Source of the DNA: Christensenellales bacterium
GTDB lineage: Bacteria; Bacillota; Clostridia; Christensenellales; UBA1431
Direction: 5' to 3'
Assembly (NCBI GenBank): GCA_040766645.1
Contig: JAXGQA010000002.1
Coordinates: 37,424 to 101,423, forward strand
Length of the DNA: 64,000 nucleotides
Translations under genes and position numbers: made by a program
Notes under the pieces: model-generated
Seen by the model: only the letters and a program-made list of their open reading frames with translations
Databases searched by the model: none
What the model was told of the DNA's origin: nothing
In this document: positions 18,681 to 28,372 of the stretch, in pieces
Position numbering within the stretch: position 1 is the stretch's first letter
Layout: each line of letters begins with the position of its first letter

Positions 18681-19190
18681 ATGACGGGATTCAAGGAGAT
18701 ACCGGCCGAACAGCTCGGCATCAACCCCTTTGCGGCCATCGGCTCGGAGTGGATGCTTATAACCGCGCAGATGGGCGAAAGGGTCAACGCCATGACCGCC
18801 TCGTGGGGCGGACTGGGCCGTATGTGGAACAGGAACGTCGCCTTCACGGTCATCCGGCCGCAGCGGTTCACCAAAACGCTGGTGGATGGCTCGGACACCT
18901 TCTCGCTCGCGTTTTTCGGCGGCGGGGAAAAGGAGACGCTGGGGTACATGGGGTCCGCGTCGGGCTGGAACGAGGATAAGATTGCGGGCTCGGGGCTGAC
19001 CGTCCTGCACGACGGGGAGATCCCGTACTTTGCGGAGGCCAGGGTGGTGCTTCTTTGCAAAAAGCTGTTCGCGCAGCCGTACCGCCCGGAGTCCTTCATC
19101 GCGGAGGAGCTCAACGCCGAATTCTACCCGAAATCGGACCACCATACCCTCTATATATCCGAGATACTTAAGGTATTGGTCAGGGAGTAA
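18681..19190 (+). CDS. Flavin reductase-like (FMN-binding split barrel) protein
   Basis: RBS aggagg at 18671-18676, then ATG at 18681. INPFAAIGSEWMLITAQMGERVNAMTASWGGLG ... AFTVIRPQRFT is typical of the flavin reductase family. Confidence 0.75.
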   Translation: MTGFKEIPAEQLGINPFAAIGSEWMLITAQMGERVNAMTASWGGLGRMWNRNVAFTVIRPQRFTKTLVDGSDTFSLAFFGGGEKETLGYMGSASGWNEDKIAGSGLTVLHDGEIPYFAEARVVLLCKKLFAQPYRPESFIAEELNAEFYPKSDHHTLYISEILKVLVRE

Positions 19191-19205
19191 CCTTCCGGGA
19201 AATCC

Positions 19206-19244
19206 AAAAGGCGCGCGCCCCTGCATTGGGCGGGCGCCTTTTGG
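19206..19244 (+). terminator. Rho-independent terminator ending the DUF2971...flavin reductase gene string
   Basis: aaaaggcgcgcgcc-cctgcattg-ggcgggcgcctttt: 13 of 14 positions pair, with a T-run. Confidence 0.75.
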
Positions 19245-19419
19245 AGGTTGCGCAAAGAGAAATTCAGCAATACCGGCTTTCAAAGTGTGAAAAACCATAT
19301 ACATTTTTAGTAATGTATGCTATCATATGCGTGTATGAATTGAGAGGTAAGACAGCAGGAATCGCTAAGATTTGTGCAGGGGACAATGACGAATCTTTCC
19401 GTTTCTGCAACACTGAGGA

Positions 19420-19500
19420 TAAAAGGCAACCCGCGCGAAAGCGCGGGCTCGCAAAGCCAGGAGTCTAAAGCGCGATGACGCGCCATGATTGTCCGGTTGC
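19420..19500 (+). promoter_or_regulatory. c-di-GMP-I (GEMM-I) riboswitch aptamer in the adhesin 5' leader
   Basis: AAAAGGCAACC (19421-19431). CCGCGC-GAAA-GCGCGG hairpin (19431-19446). CUCGCAAAGCC (19448-19458). Second hairpin capped by GCGCG-AUGA-CGCGC (19470-19483). 3' GGUUGC (19495-19500) pairs back to GCAACC (19427-19432). The layout parallels the GGCAAACC..GAAA..GGGACGCAAAGCC core of GEMM-I that I recall. Confidence 0.75.
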
Positions 19501-19538
19501 TGTCCTGAAAAGAGGATGCAACCGGGCGTTTTGTTTTG
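19493..19538 (+). terminator. Riboswitch expression-platform terminator
   Basis: CCGGTTGC (19493-19500) ... GCAACCGG (19518-19525), followed by gcgTTTTgTTTTg. The 5' arm is shared with the aptamer closing helix. Confidence 0.7.
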
Positions 19539-19580
19539 CAAAACAGGCACTTGGCTATATCGAAAAGGAGGGTATTGAGT

Positions 19581-22500
19581 ATGAAGCTGATAACGAAAAA
19601 AACGGGGAGAAAAGGACTGGCGCTGCTGATTGCGGTGCTGATGGTGCTGGCCCTGCTGCCGGTGAGCGCGCTGGCGGCTGCGGAGCCGACATGGCCCAGC
19701 CCGGGTTCCGTCAAGATCGATAAAATCAAAACGGACACCAGCGATCCGGGTCAGTGGAAGATCAAGCTGACGGTAGAGGGCAAAAACGTTACCAAGACAT
19801 CGGACGTAGTCTTGGTGATGGATTGCTCGTACAGCATGAGCCAGAACCTCGGCGGTTCCTCAAAGATCAGCCAGGCAAGAAACGCGGCAAACAGTTTCGT
19901 GAACAGCCTGCTTCCTACAGGCAACACGACAAACAGGATAGCAGTGGTCAAATTCAGTACGAACGCAACCCGCGTGATTGGTCTGACAGGGGCCTCAAAC
20001 AGAAGCGCTGTGATATCAGCCATCAACGGGCTCACGGCGGACAGCTACACGAACATCGGAGCGGGGTTGGATGAGGCCCGGTCCATTTTAAATGCAAGCC
20101 CGGCGGACGACAAGGTCATCGTGCTGTTGAGCGATGGCCTGCCCAACCGGCCGGGCAGCGGAACGAATCCGACCACTCAGGGAAGGACCGCGGCAATCAA
20201 CGCAGCGACCGCAGCGAAAAACGCAGGGTGCGGCATCTACGCCATAGGCTATGATGTCGCCAGCGACCCGGGAGCGGGAGAACTGCTCAACGAGATACAG
20301 AGCGAGGGCTATTATCCGGCGGGGGCGGATCTCCAGTCTGTTTTTCAGCAGATTGCCGGGAGCATAGCCAATGCGGGGACGCTGGCTAAAGTCATCGACC
20401 TGATGGAAGATGAGTTCGATTACGTGCCGGGCAGTGCTGTAGTATCTCCTTCAGATACGTCGGTAACACATGACCCGGCCACGGACACGCTGACTTGGAC
20501 CATCGGCAACATAGTGGAAGGCACGACCTACACACTGGAATACCTTATCCAGTTTACGCCGGACATTACTCTCTCGCCTGGCGATTATCCTACCAATAAG
20601 GACAATACGCGGTTAGAATACAAAAACGCCGGTGGGGCCAGCGTGACCAAGTATTTCCCGATCCCCAAGGTGACCGTGGCCGCCCAGAAGTATACGGTGC
20701 ACCATTATCTGTGGAACGGCGGGCCGACGACCACACAGGTTTCGGGGTCTGAAACCAAGGACACGGTTCGCGGCGCCAGGATAACCTCGGCGAACCAGCA
20801 AAGGTTGCTACAGGGGTACACCTACAATTCGGCCACTCCGACGATTCTGACAGTGGGGCAAAACAACAGCCAGAACGTCATCAAAGTATACTATACGCAG
20901 AACGAATACACGGTGAAGTACCAGCCGGGCACGCAGGGAACGTTTGCGGAACAGAGCGCCTCAGGCCTGCACTACGGCGACGCCACACCGGACTTTGACG
21001 GGACGCCGACGGGGAACCCGGGGTGGTCGTTCGCGGGCTGGAGCCCGGCGGTGGCCGACACTGTGACAGGCGACGCGACGTATGTGGCACAGTGGACGCA
21101 GAACGAGTACACGGTGAAGTATCAGCCGGGCATCAGGGAACGTTTGCGGAACAGAGCACCTCAGGCCTGCACTACGGCGACGCCACACCGACTTGACGGG
21201 ACGCCTGCCGGGAACCCGGGGTGGTCGTTCGCGGCTGGAGCCCGGCAGTGGCCGACACCGTAACAGGCGACGCGACGTATGTGGCGCAGTGGACGCAGAA
21301 CGAGTACACGGTGAAGTATCAGCCGGGCACGCATGGAACGTTTGCGGAACAGAGCAACTCGGGACTGCACTACAACGACGACACCCCGGCCTTCATCGGG
21401 GAAAAGACGGCGCAGCCGGGCTGGGCGTTCACGTGGGCTGGAGTCCGGCGGTGGCTGATACAACAGGCGACGCGACGTACGTGGCGCAGTGGGCACAGAT
21501 ACCGTACACGGTAACGTATATGCCGGGCGAACACGGGACGTTTACACCGCAGAGCACATTAGAGCTGCACTACAACGACAATACACCGGGCTTCGTGGAA
21601 AAGACCGGGCAACCGGGTTGGACATTCAGTGGCTGGAGTCCGGCGGTGGCCGAAAAGGTGACCGGCAACGCGGTATACGTAGCGCAGTGGACGCAGAAAA
21701 CGAATATACGTGAAGTATCAGCCGGGCACGCAGGGAATGCTCGCGGAGCAGAGCACAGGAAGCCTGCACTACGGCGACGCCACACCGGGACTTTGACGGG
21801 ACGCCGACGGGAACCCGGGTGGCGTCGTTCGCGGGCTGGAGCCCCGGAAGTGGCCGACACTGTAACAGGCGACGACGTATGTGGCGCAGTGGACGCAGAA
21901 CGAGTACACGGTGAAGTACCAGCCGGGCATACAGGGAACGTTTGCTGAACAGAGCACCTCAGGCCTGCACTACGGCGACGCCACACCGGACTTTGACGGG
22001 ACGCCGACGGGGAACCCGGGGTGGTCGTTCGCGGGCTGGAGCCCCGAAGTGGCCGACACTGTAACAGGCGACGCGACGTATGTGGCGCAGTGGACGCAGA
22101 ACGAGTACACGGTGGCGCACGCCGGGCACGCATGGAACGTTTGCGGAACAGAGCAACTCGGGACTGCACTACAACGACGACACCCCGGCCTTCATCGGGG
22201 AAAAGACGGCGCAGCCGGGCTGGGCGTTCACGGGCTGGAGTCCGGCGGTGGCTGATAAGGTAACAGGCGACGCGACGTACGTGGCGCAGTGGGCACAGAT
22301 ACCGTACACGGTAACGTATATGCCGGGCGAACACGGGACGTTTACACCGCAGAGCACATTAGAGCTGCACTACAACGACAATACACCGGGCTTCGTAGGA
22401 GAAAAGACCGGGCAACCGGGTTGGACATTCAGCGGCTGGAGTCCGGCGGTGGCCGAAAAGGTGACCGGCAACGCGGTATACGTAGCGCAGTGGACGCAGA

Positions 22501-24352
22501 ACGAATATACGGTGAAGTATCAGCCGGGCACGCAGGGAACGTTTGCGGAGCAGAGCACAGGAAGCCTGCACTACGGCGACGCCACACCGGACTTTGACGG
22601 GACGCCGACGGGGAACCCGGGGTGGTCGTTCGCGGGCTGGAGCCCCGAAGTGGCCGACACTGTAACAGGCGACGCGACGTATGTGGCGCAGTGGACGCAG
22701 AACGAGTACACGGTGAAGTACCAGCCGGGCATACAGGGAACGTTTGCTGAACAGAGCACCTCAGGCTCGTAATTGAAGGCGACGCCACACCGGACTTTGA
22801 CGGGACGCCGACGGGGAACCGGGGTGGTCGTTCGGCGGGCTGGAGCCCCGAAGTGGCCGGACACTGTGACCGGCGACGCGACGTATGTGCACAGTGGACG
22901 CAGAACGAGTACACGGTGAAGTATCAGCCGGGCACGCAGGGAACGTTTGCGGAGCAGAGCACTTCGGGACTGCACTACGGCGACGCCACGCCGGACTTTG
23001 ACGGGACGCCGACGGGGAACCCGGGGTGGTCGTTCGCGGGCTGGAGCCCGGCGGTGGCTGATAAGGTAACAGGCGACGCGGTATACGTAGCGCAGTGGAC
23101 GCAGAACGAATATACGGTGAAGTATCAGCCGGGCACGCAGGGAACGTTTGCGGAGCAGAGCACAGGAAGCCTGCACTACGGCGACGCCACGCCGGACTTT
23201 GACGGGACGCCGACGGGGAACCCGGGGTGGTCGTTCGCGGGCTGGAGTCCGGCGGTGGCCGAAAAGGTGACCGGCAACGCGGTATACGTAGCGCAGTGGA
23301 CGCAGAACGAATATACGGTGAAGTATCAGCCGGGCAATGCAGCAGGGAACGTTTGTGGAGCAGAGCACAGGAAATTGCACTACGGCGACGCCACACCGGA
23401 CTTTGACGGGATGCCGATGGGGAACCCGGGGTGGTCGTTCGCGGGCTGGAGTCCGGCGGTGGCCGACAAGGCAACAGGCGACGCGACGTACGTGGCGCAG
23501 TGGGCGCAGATACCGTACACGGTAACGTATATGCCGGGCGAACACGGGACGTTTACACCGCAGAGCACATTAGAGCTGCACTACAACGACAATACACCGG
23601 CCAGGAGAAAGACCGCAACCGGGTTGACATTCAGCGGCTGGAGTCCGGCGGTGGCCGAAAAGGTGACCGGCAACGCGGTATACGTAGCGCAGTGGACGCA
23701 GAACGAATATACGGTGAAGTATCAGCCGGGCGCGCAGGGAACGTTTGTGGAGCAGAGCACAGGAAATCTGCACTACGGCGACGCCACACCGGACTTTGAC
23801 GGGACGCCGACGGGGAACCCGGGGTGGTCGTTCGCGGGCTGGAGTCCGGCGGTGGCCGAAAAGGTGACAGGCGACGCGACGTATGTGGCGCAGTGGAAAC
23901 AGAACGAGTACACGGTGACATACGCGCCGGGCGAGCACGGGGCCTTTGAAGAGCAGAAGACCGAAGGCCTGCATTATGGCGACGATACGCCCGGATTCAA
24001 TGGTGAGCCGGAGGGCAACGACGGCTGGCTCTTCGCGGGCTGGAGCCCCGAAGTGGCCGAAACGGTGACCGGCGATATCATCTATGAGGCGCAGTGGGAA
24101 GAGATCGTTATAGTGCCCACGCCGACGGTGCCTTTGGGCCCGGTGGTGACGCCCACGCCGGGGGCGACGCAGACGCCGGCGCCGACGCTCTCGCCCGAGC
24201 CTACGGTGCAGGTGCCCGAGGAATCCGTTCCGGCGGCATTGCCGGTAACTGGCGAGCAATCCCAGGATTGGATGTTCCTGGCCGGCGCGCTGGTGCTGGC
24301 GGCAGGGGCCATACTCCTCGTCTTCCGCAAGCGGAAGCCAGGCGTAAAGTAA
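19581..24352 (+). pseudogene. Large LPXTG-anchored surface adhesin: signal peptide, vWA (MIDAS) domain, Ig-like stalk, 16 Listeria-Bacteroides-type repeats, sortase signal. Multiple frameshifts as assembled.
   Basis: RBS ggaggg, then ATG at 19581: MKLITKKTGRKGLALLIAVLMVLALLPVSALA. MIDAS motif VVLVMDCSYSMS, then NRIAVVKFS ... VIVLLSDGLPN. Repeat units NEYTVKYQPGTQGTFAEQS..LHYGDATPDFDGTPTGNPGWSFAGWSPAVADTVTGDATYVAQWTQ. C-terminus LPVTG (24239-24253) + hydrophobic helix + RKRKPGVK. Pieces appear as ORFs 19536..21263, 21221..21514, 21193..21948, 21881..22255, 22080..22772 and 22853..24352. Confidence 0.85.
20901..24102 (+). repeat. Coding tandem array: 16 units of ~200 bp (~66 aa) with an ~800-bp higher-order period
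   Basis: Unit starts (NEYTVKY / IPYTVTY) fall near 20901, 21100, 21300, 21500, 21700, 21900, 22100, 22300, 22500, 22700, 22905, 23105, 23305, 23510, 23705 and 23900. Three unit flavours occur: GDATPDFDGTPTGNPGWSFAGW, NDDTPAFIGEKTAQPGWAFTGW and IPYTVTYMPGEHGTF..NDNTPGFVGEKTGQPGWTFSGW. The block ~21100-21900 recurs at ~21900-22700. Confidence 0.85.
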
Positions 24353-24367
24353 ATCATATCGGATAAT

Positions 24368-24403
24368 AAAAGATGCGGGGCTTTGACAGCCTCGCATCTT
24401 TTT
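24368..24403. terminator. Bidirectional terminator between the adhesin gene and the convergent SDR gene
   Basis: aaaagatgcggggc-tttgaca-gcctcgcatctttt: 13 of 14 positions pair, with A/T runs on both sides. Confidence 0.7.
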
Positions 24404-24415
24404 CGCTTGCGGAGA

Positions 24416-25303
24416 TCAGGAGTCGGTGATGGTGCCGCCGTTGACGTGCAGCACCTGGCCGGTGACGTACCCCGAATCGTCGGAAGCCAGAAAGACGTAG
24501 GTCGGAGCCAGCTCAAAGGGTTGCGCGGCGCGCCCGAGCGGCGTGTCCTTCCCGAACTGTGCCACCTCCTGCGGGGAAAAGCTTGAAGGGATGAGAGGCG
24601 TCCATACCGGGCCGGGCGCCACCGCGTTCACGCGGATGCCGTTGGGGGCAAGGGAAAGCGAGAGCGAGCGCGTGAAGGAGACAATGGCCCCCTTGGTGGC
24701 CGAATAGTCGATGAGCGTTTCCTTGCCCTTGTACGCGGTCACCGACGTGGTGTTGATGATGGACGCGCCGGCGTGCAGGTGGGGGAGGGCGGCCTTGACC
24801 ATGTGGAAATAGCTCAATACGTTGGTGGAGAACGTGATGCCCAGGTGCTCGGGCGTGATGTCCCTGATGCTGTTCTGCGGATACTGCACGCCGATGTTGT
24901 TGACCAGTATGTCGATGTACCCGAAGGCGTCCATGGTCGTCTTGATGACGTCCTCCGCCGCCGTGTGGTTTTTCAGGTCGCAGGGGATGAGCAGGCAGCG
25001 GCGGCCCAATGCTTCTACGGCCGTTTGCGTCTGCCGCGCGTCCTCGGTTTCGGAAAGATAGGCCACGGCAACGTCCGCGCCCTCCTTGGCAAAGGCGATG
25101 GCCACGGCCTGACCAATGCCGCTGTCCCCGCCGGTGATGACGGCCACACGGTCCTGCAGCTTCCCCGCGGCGCGGTACTGGGGGTTGTCGGTCATGGGCA
25201 TGGGCTGCATCTGGCCGGCGGTCCCGGGCTGGACGTTCTGGTGCTGGGGCGGGAAGGTGCCGGGCAGGGGGATGGTCGGGTTGGTATAGGTGGATTCGGG
25301 CAA
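24416..25303 (-). CDS. SDR family oxidoreductase (YhdF/YghA, general-stress-protein-39 type)
   Basis: RBS aggagg + 9 nt + TTG (rc of 25301-25303). PESTYTNPTIPLPGTFPPQHQNVQPG ... GKLQDRVAVITGGDSGIGQAVA ... NNIG ... YSATKGAI ... PGPVWTPL. The upstream 176 codons of ORF 24416..25831 overlap the opposite-strand LysM gene and are rejected. Confidence 0.85.
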   Translation of the reverse strand: MPESTYTNPTIPLPGTFPPQHQNVQPGTAGQMQPMPMTDNPQYRAAGKLQDRVAVITGGDSGIGQAVAIAFAKEGADVAVAYLSETEDARQTQTAVEALGRRCLLIPCDLKNHTAAEDVIKTTMDAFGYIDILVNNIGVQYPQNSIRDITPEHLGITFSTNVLSYFHMVKAALPHLHAGASIINTTSVTAYKGKETLIDYSATKGAIVSFTRSLSLSLAPNGIRVNAVAPGPVWTPLIPSSFSPQEVAQFGKDTPLGRAAQPFELAPTYVFLASDDSGYVTGQVLHVNGGTITDS

Positions 25304-25442
25304 TTGTATGCGCCTCCTTTTTGGGTTAGGATAGCCGCCGCTTTCGCGCTTTATTCCGAGGGGGAATTTATAAAACGGGTACGCCCAGGTTGCGTCTTTG
25401 AATATAATGGAGCATTCCGACAAGTAAGGAAGTGAGGGAAAA

Positions 25443-26727
25443 GTGCAGATACATGTGGTGCAGCCGGGGGACTCGGTATGGAGCATCGCGCAGAGGTACG
25501 GCGCGGACCCGCAAAGGATCGCGGAGCTGAACGGGCTTGATGCGCTGCCGTATCTCGTGGTGGGGCAGGCCCTTGTTATTGAGCCGCAGCCGCAGGTGTA
25601 CACGGTGCAGCGCGGCGACTCGCTGTATGCCATCGCACGGCGCTTCGGGGTGACGGTGGAAAGCATCGCGCAGGCCAATGGCACGAAGACCCAAACCGAA
25701 TTCAGCCGGGGATGCGGTTCAATATCCCCCGTGCAGTCCAAACAATACGGGTACATCGAAACGAACGGGTACATAGAGCCGTCGACGCCCCAGCGGGACG
25801 CGGGAATCGTCAACATGGGGCGGTTCCTCACCTACGTCTCGCCGTTCAGCTATCAGGTGCGCGAGGACGGGAGCCTGACGCCCATCGCCGATGAACTCCA
25901 TCATCACCGCCGCCTATCCGAACCGGGTGGCGCCGATGATGGTCATAACCAACTTCAGGAACGGGAACTTCGACACCGGCCTTGTGAACATCATCCTTAA
26001 CGACGAAAGCGTTTCGGACGCGCTGATCCGCAACGTCATCGCCACCCTGCGCCAGAAGGGGTATTACGGGCTGAACGTCGATTTCGAGCGCATCGCCCCG
26101 GAGAACCGGGAAGCCTACAACAACTTTCTGCGCAAGGCGGTGGCCGCGCTGCACCCGCTCGGGTACGTCGTCTCCACCGCGCTCGCGCCCAAACCGGAGG
26201 ACTACACGGGCGGCGCGTGGCACGGCGCACACGATTACAGGACGCACGGCGAGATAGTGGATTTCGTCATCATAATGACCTACGAGTGGGGATGGTCGGG
26301 CGGCCCGCCTTACGCGGTCGCGCCCATCGACCTGGTCGAGGACGTGGTGCGCTACGCCGTGTCGGTGATACCTCCCGAAAAGATCATCATCGGCGTGCCC
26401 CTTTACGGCTACGACTGGACGCTGCCCTACATGCCGGGCGGGCCGTGGGCGCGGCGGGTCAGCCCGCAGCAGGCCCTGCAGCTGGCGGCGCAGTACGGCG
26501 CGCAGATACAGTTCGACCAGCAGACACAGTCGCCGTATTTCAATTACCTCGACGTCAACGGCGTGGAGCACGTCGTCTGGTTTGAGGACGCGCGGAGCGT
26601 GGAGGCAAAGTATCTTCTTGTGAACAAATACGGCCTCCGGGGAGTGAGCTATTGGCTGCTGGGACTCGAGTTCCCGCAGAACTGGGCGGTGCTCAATAAC
26701 ATGTTCAACATCGTGAAGGTGGTTTAG
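25443..26727 (+). pseudogene. Spore-cortex-type glycoside hydrolase, 2 LysM + GH18 domains (YaaH/SleL-like), frameshifted as assembled
   Basis: LysM 1: IHVVQPGDSVWSIAQRYGADPQRIAELNGL. LysM 2: YTVQRGDSLYAIARRFGVTVESIAQANG. GH18: GLNVDFERI ... FVIIMTYEWGW ... IIGVPLYGYDW. Frame switches near ~25695, ~25740 and ~25888 (ORFs 25443.., 25712.., 25891..26727). Confidence 0.8.
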
Positions 26728-27028
26728 AAAGGCAAGCGAAAAGGAAAGGCCCCATCTTTTCAGCGGAGCCGCACGCAATCTATAAATGGGGAAAACGGAA
26801 GGGTCCTGATGGCGGGAGCAAAACAGGGCTTGCGGGACCCTTCCGTAATCCCGGCTGCGCAAAGGGGAGGCGTTCCTGTTTGAGGAGGGACAAGCCATCC
26901 GGGGCCGCCGCAATCTTTGAATTGCGCAAACGGGCCGTCCCCCTGTGTTTTACCAAACGTCAACATACTGTTGCGGCAGGGTAAAATTGGATTATATAAT
27001 AAGTATGAGGTAAGGAGGCTTTGTTACG

Positions 27029-28258
27029 GTGGAGATGGCGCTGTCAAAACCGCTCAAATCCCTTGTCCGACTGCCGCGGTTTGGTGCTCGGATTCTTCGG
27101 CGCAGCGCCTGTTTATCTCTTCATCGCTTTCGGACTGGGCCTCAACCTCTTCGAGCACAGCGTGTACGATTCCTACGCGCTGCAGGCAAAGACCTGGCTG
27201 AGCGGCAGCATTGCCCTGACCAGGACTATTCCTGGCTGGAGATAGCACGCTATAACGGACAGTTCTTCATCAGCTTCCCGCCCTTCCCGGCCGTCGTCAT
27301 GATTCCCTTCGTGCTGGTGTTCGGGGAGCAGACCCCCAGCATGTTCATCGTATTCGCTCTGTTTATGGCCAGCTACGTCGTCGGTTACGCGCTCGCGCGG
27401 CGCCATGGGTACAGCGACGCGCTTTCCGCCTGCCTAGGGGCATTCCTGGTCCTCGGATGCAACATGCTGGAAGCGTCCCATTACGGCGGGGTGTGGAACA
27501 TGGCCCAGATGATGGCGTTCCTGCTCACGCTCCTTTCATTCTGGTATATATCGTCAAAGAACAGGCGGCACTGGTACGCCTCCCTTATCTGTCTCGCGCT
27601 GGCCGTGGGCTGCCGCCCCTTCCAGCTGGTATACGCCCCCGTCCTTTTGTGCATGCTCTACGGCCGCCTGTGGGAGGAAAAGCCGGAGATCAACGGCATT
27701 TGGCCGGCCATTCGCGCGATGCTGCCCTTCGCGGCCGCGCCCGCCGCCATACTGCTGGGGTACGCCGCGTACAACTTTGTTCGCTTCGGCGACATATTCG
27801 AGTTCGGGCACAACTACCTCCCCGAGTTCACGGATTCGGTGTACGGACAGTTCAGCGTACATTACATGCGGGAAAACATGGCCAACATACTGCGCCTGCC
27901 GTATTTTCAGGAAGCGATGCTGGTGTTCCCGATATTCTCCGGATTCGCGTTCTTCATTGCGAATCCCATCTATCTCATTTGGGGGGAACGGGCGCTGGTG
28001 ACCGCTGTCCGGCGCAGGCTCATACTGGACGAGGGCCTGCTGCTGGCCGCGTTTTTCGTCCACTTCGCGCTCCTTCTGATGCACAAGTCGTTCGGCGGCT
28101 GGCAGTTCGGCACGCGCTACCTGTGCGACCTGATACCCGCCATGTACTTTTTTATCGTGTCGCAAAGGCACAGGGTAGGGATGGGGACGGCCGCGGTGAT
28201 GATATTTGCCGTGGTTTTCAATATTTACGGGAGCGTCGTGTTCCATGTTTTATCCTGA
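27029..28258 (+). pseudogene. Polytopic membrane glycosyltransferase, GT39/ArnT-like (PMT_2-type), frameshifted near the N-terminus as assembled
   Basis: RBS aggagg (27013-27018) + GTG at 27029. Best N-terminal reading shifts to the 27021 frame (LVLGFFGAAPVYLFIAFGLGLNLFEHSVYDSYALQAKTWLSGSIAL). It returns at ~27208, where ctgac should read ctggac, giving DQDYSWLEIARYNGQFFISFPPFPAVVMIPF. More than 8 further TM helices follow. Confidence 0.6.
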
Positions 28259-28372
28259 CGGCGCGGATCGGCTGATAATTTCGCGCATTATGGCAGATAC
28301 TGGATTATATGGTACCTGATGGGTCGGCTATGGTACAATGACTGATAAACCGTAGGAATGTGGTGAAAGCTC

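Noticed and set aside
14536-19244. Genomic island or integrated element inserted at the tRNA-Glu gene (TetR unit, DUF2971 cluster).
   Set aside because: I found no integrase, recombinase, transposase or phage gene, and no direct repeat of the tRNA 3' end, downstream. The tRNA has its own promoter and terminator. The accessory flavour is noted in the findings, but a mobile element cannot be supported.
20901-24102. Regular ~200-bp repeat array considered as a possible CRISPR or other non-coding repeat locus.
   Set aside because: The units are contiguous with no unique spacers. They are far longer than CRISPR repeats, translate into a conserved ~66-aa protein module in one frame, and are flanked by a signal peptide and an LPXTG anchor. 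No cas genes are present.
25304-25831. N-terminal 176-codon extension of the SDR ORF (track ORF 24416..25831).
   Set aside because: The extension overlaps the well-supported LysM/GH18 gene on the opposite strand and is Cys/Pro-rich nonsense. A TTG with a canonical AGGAGG RBS at 25303 gives the N-terminus typical of this SDR subgroup.
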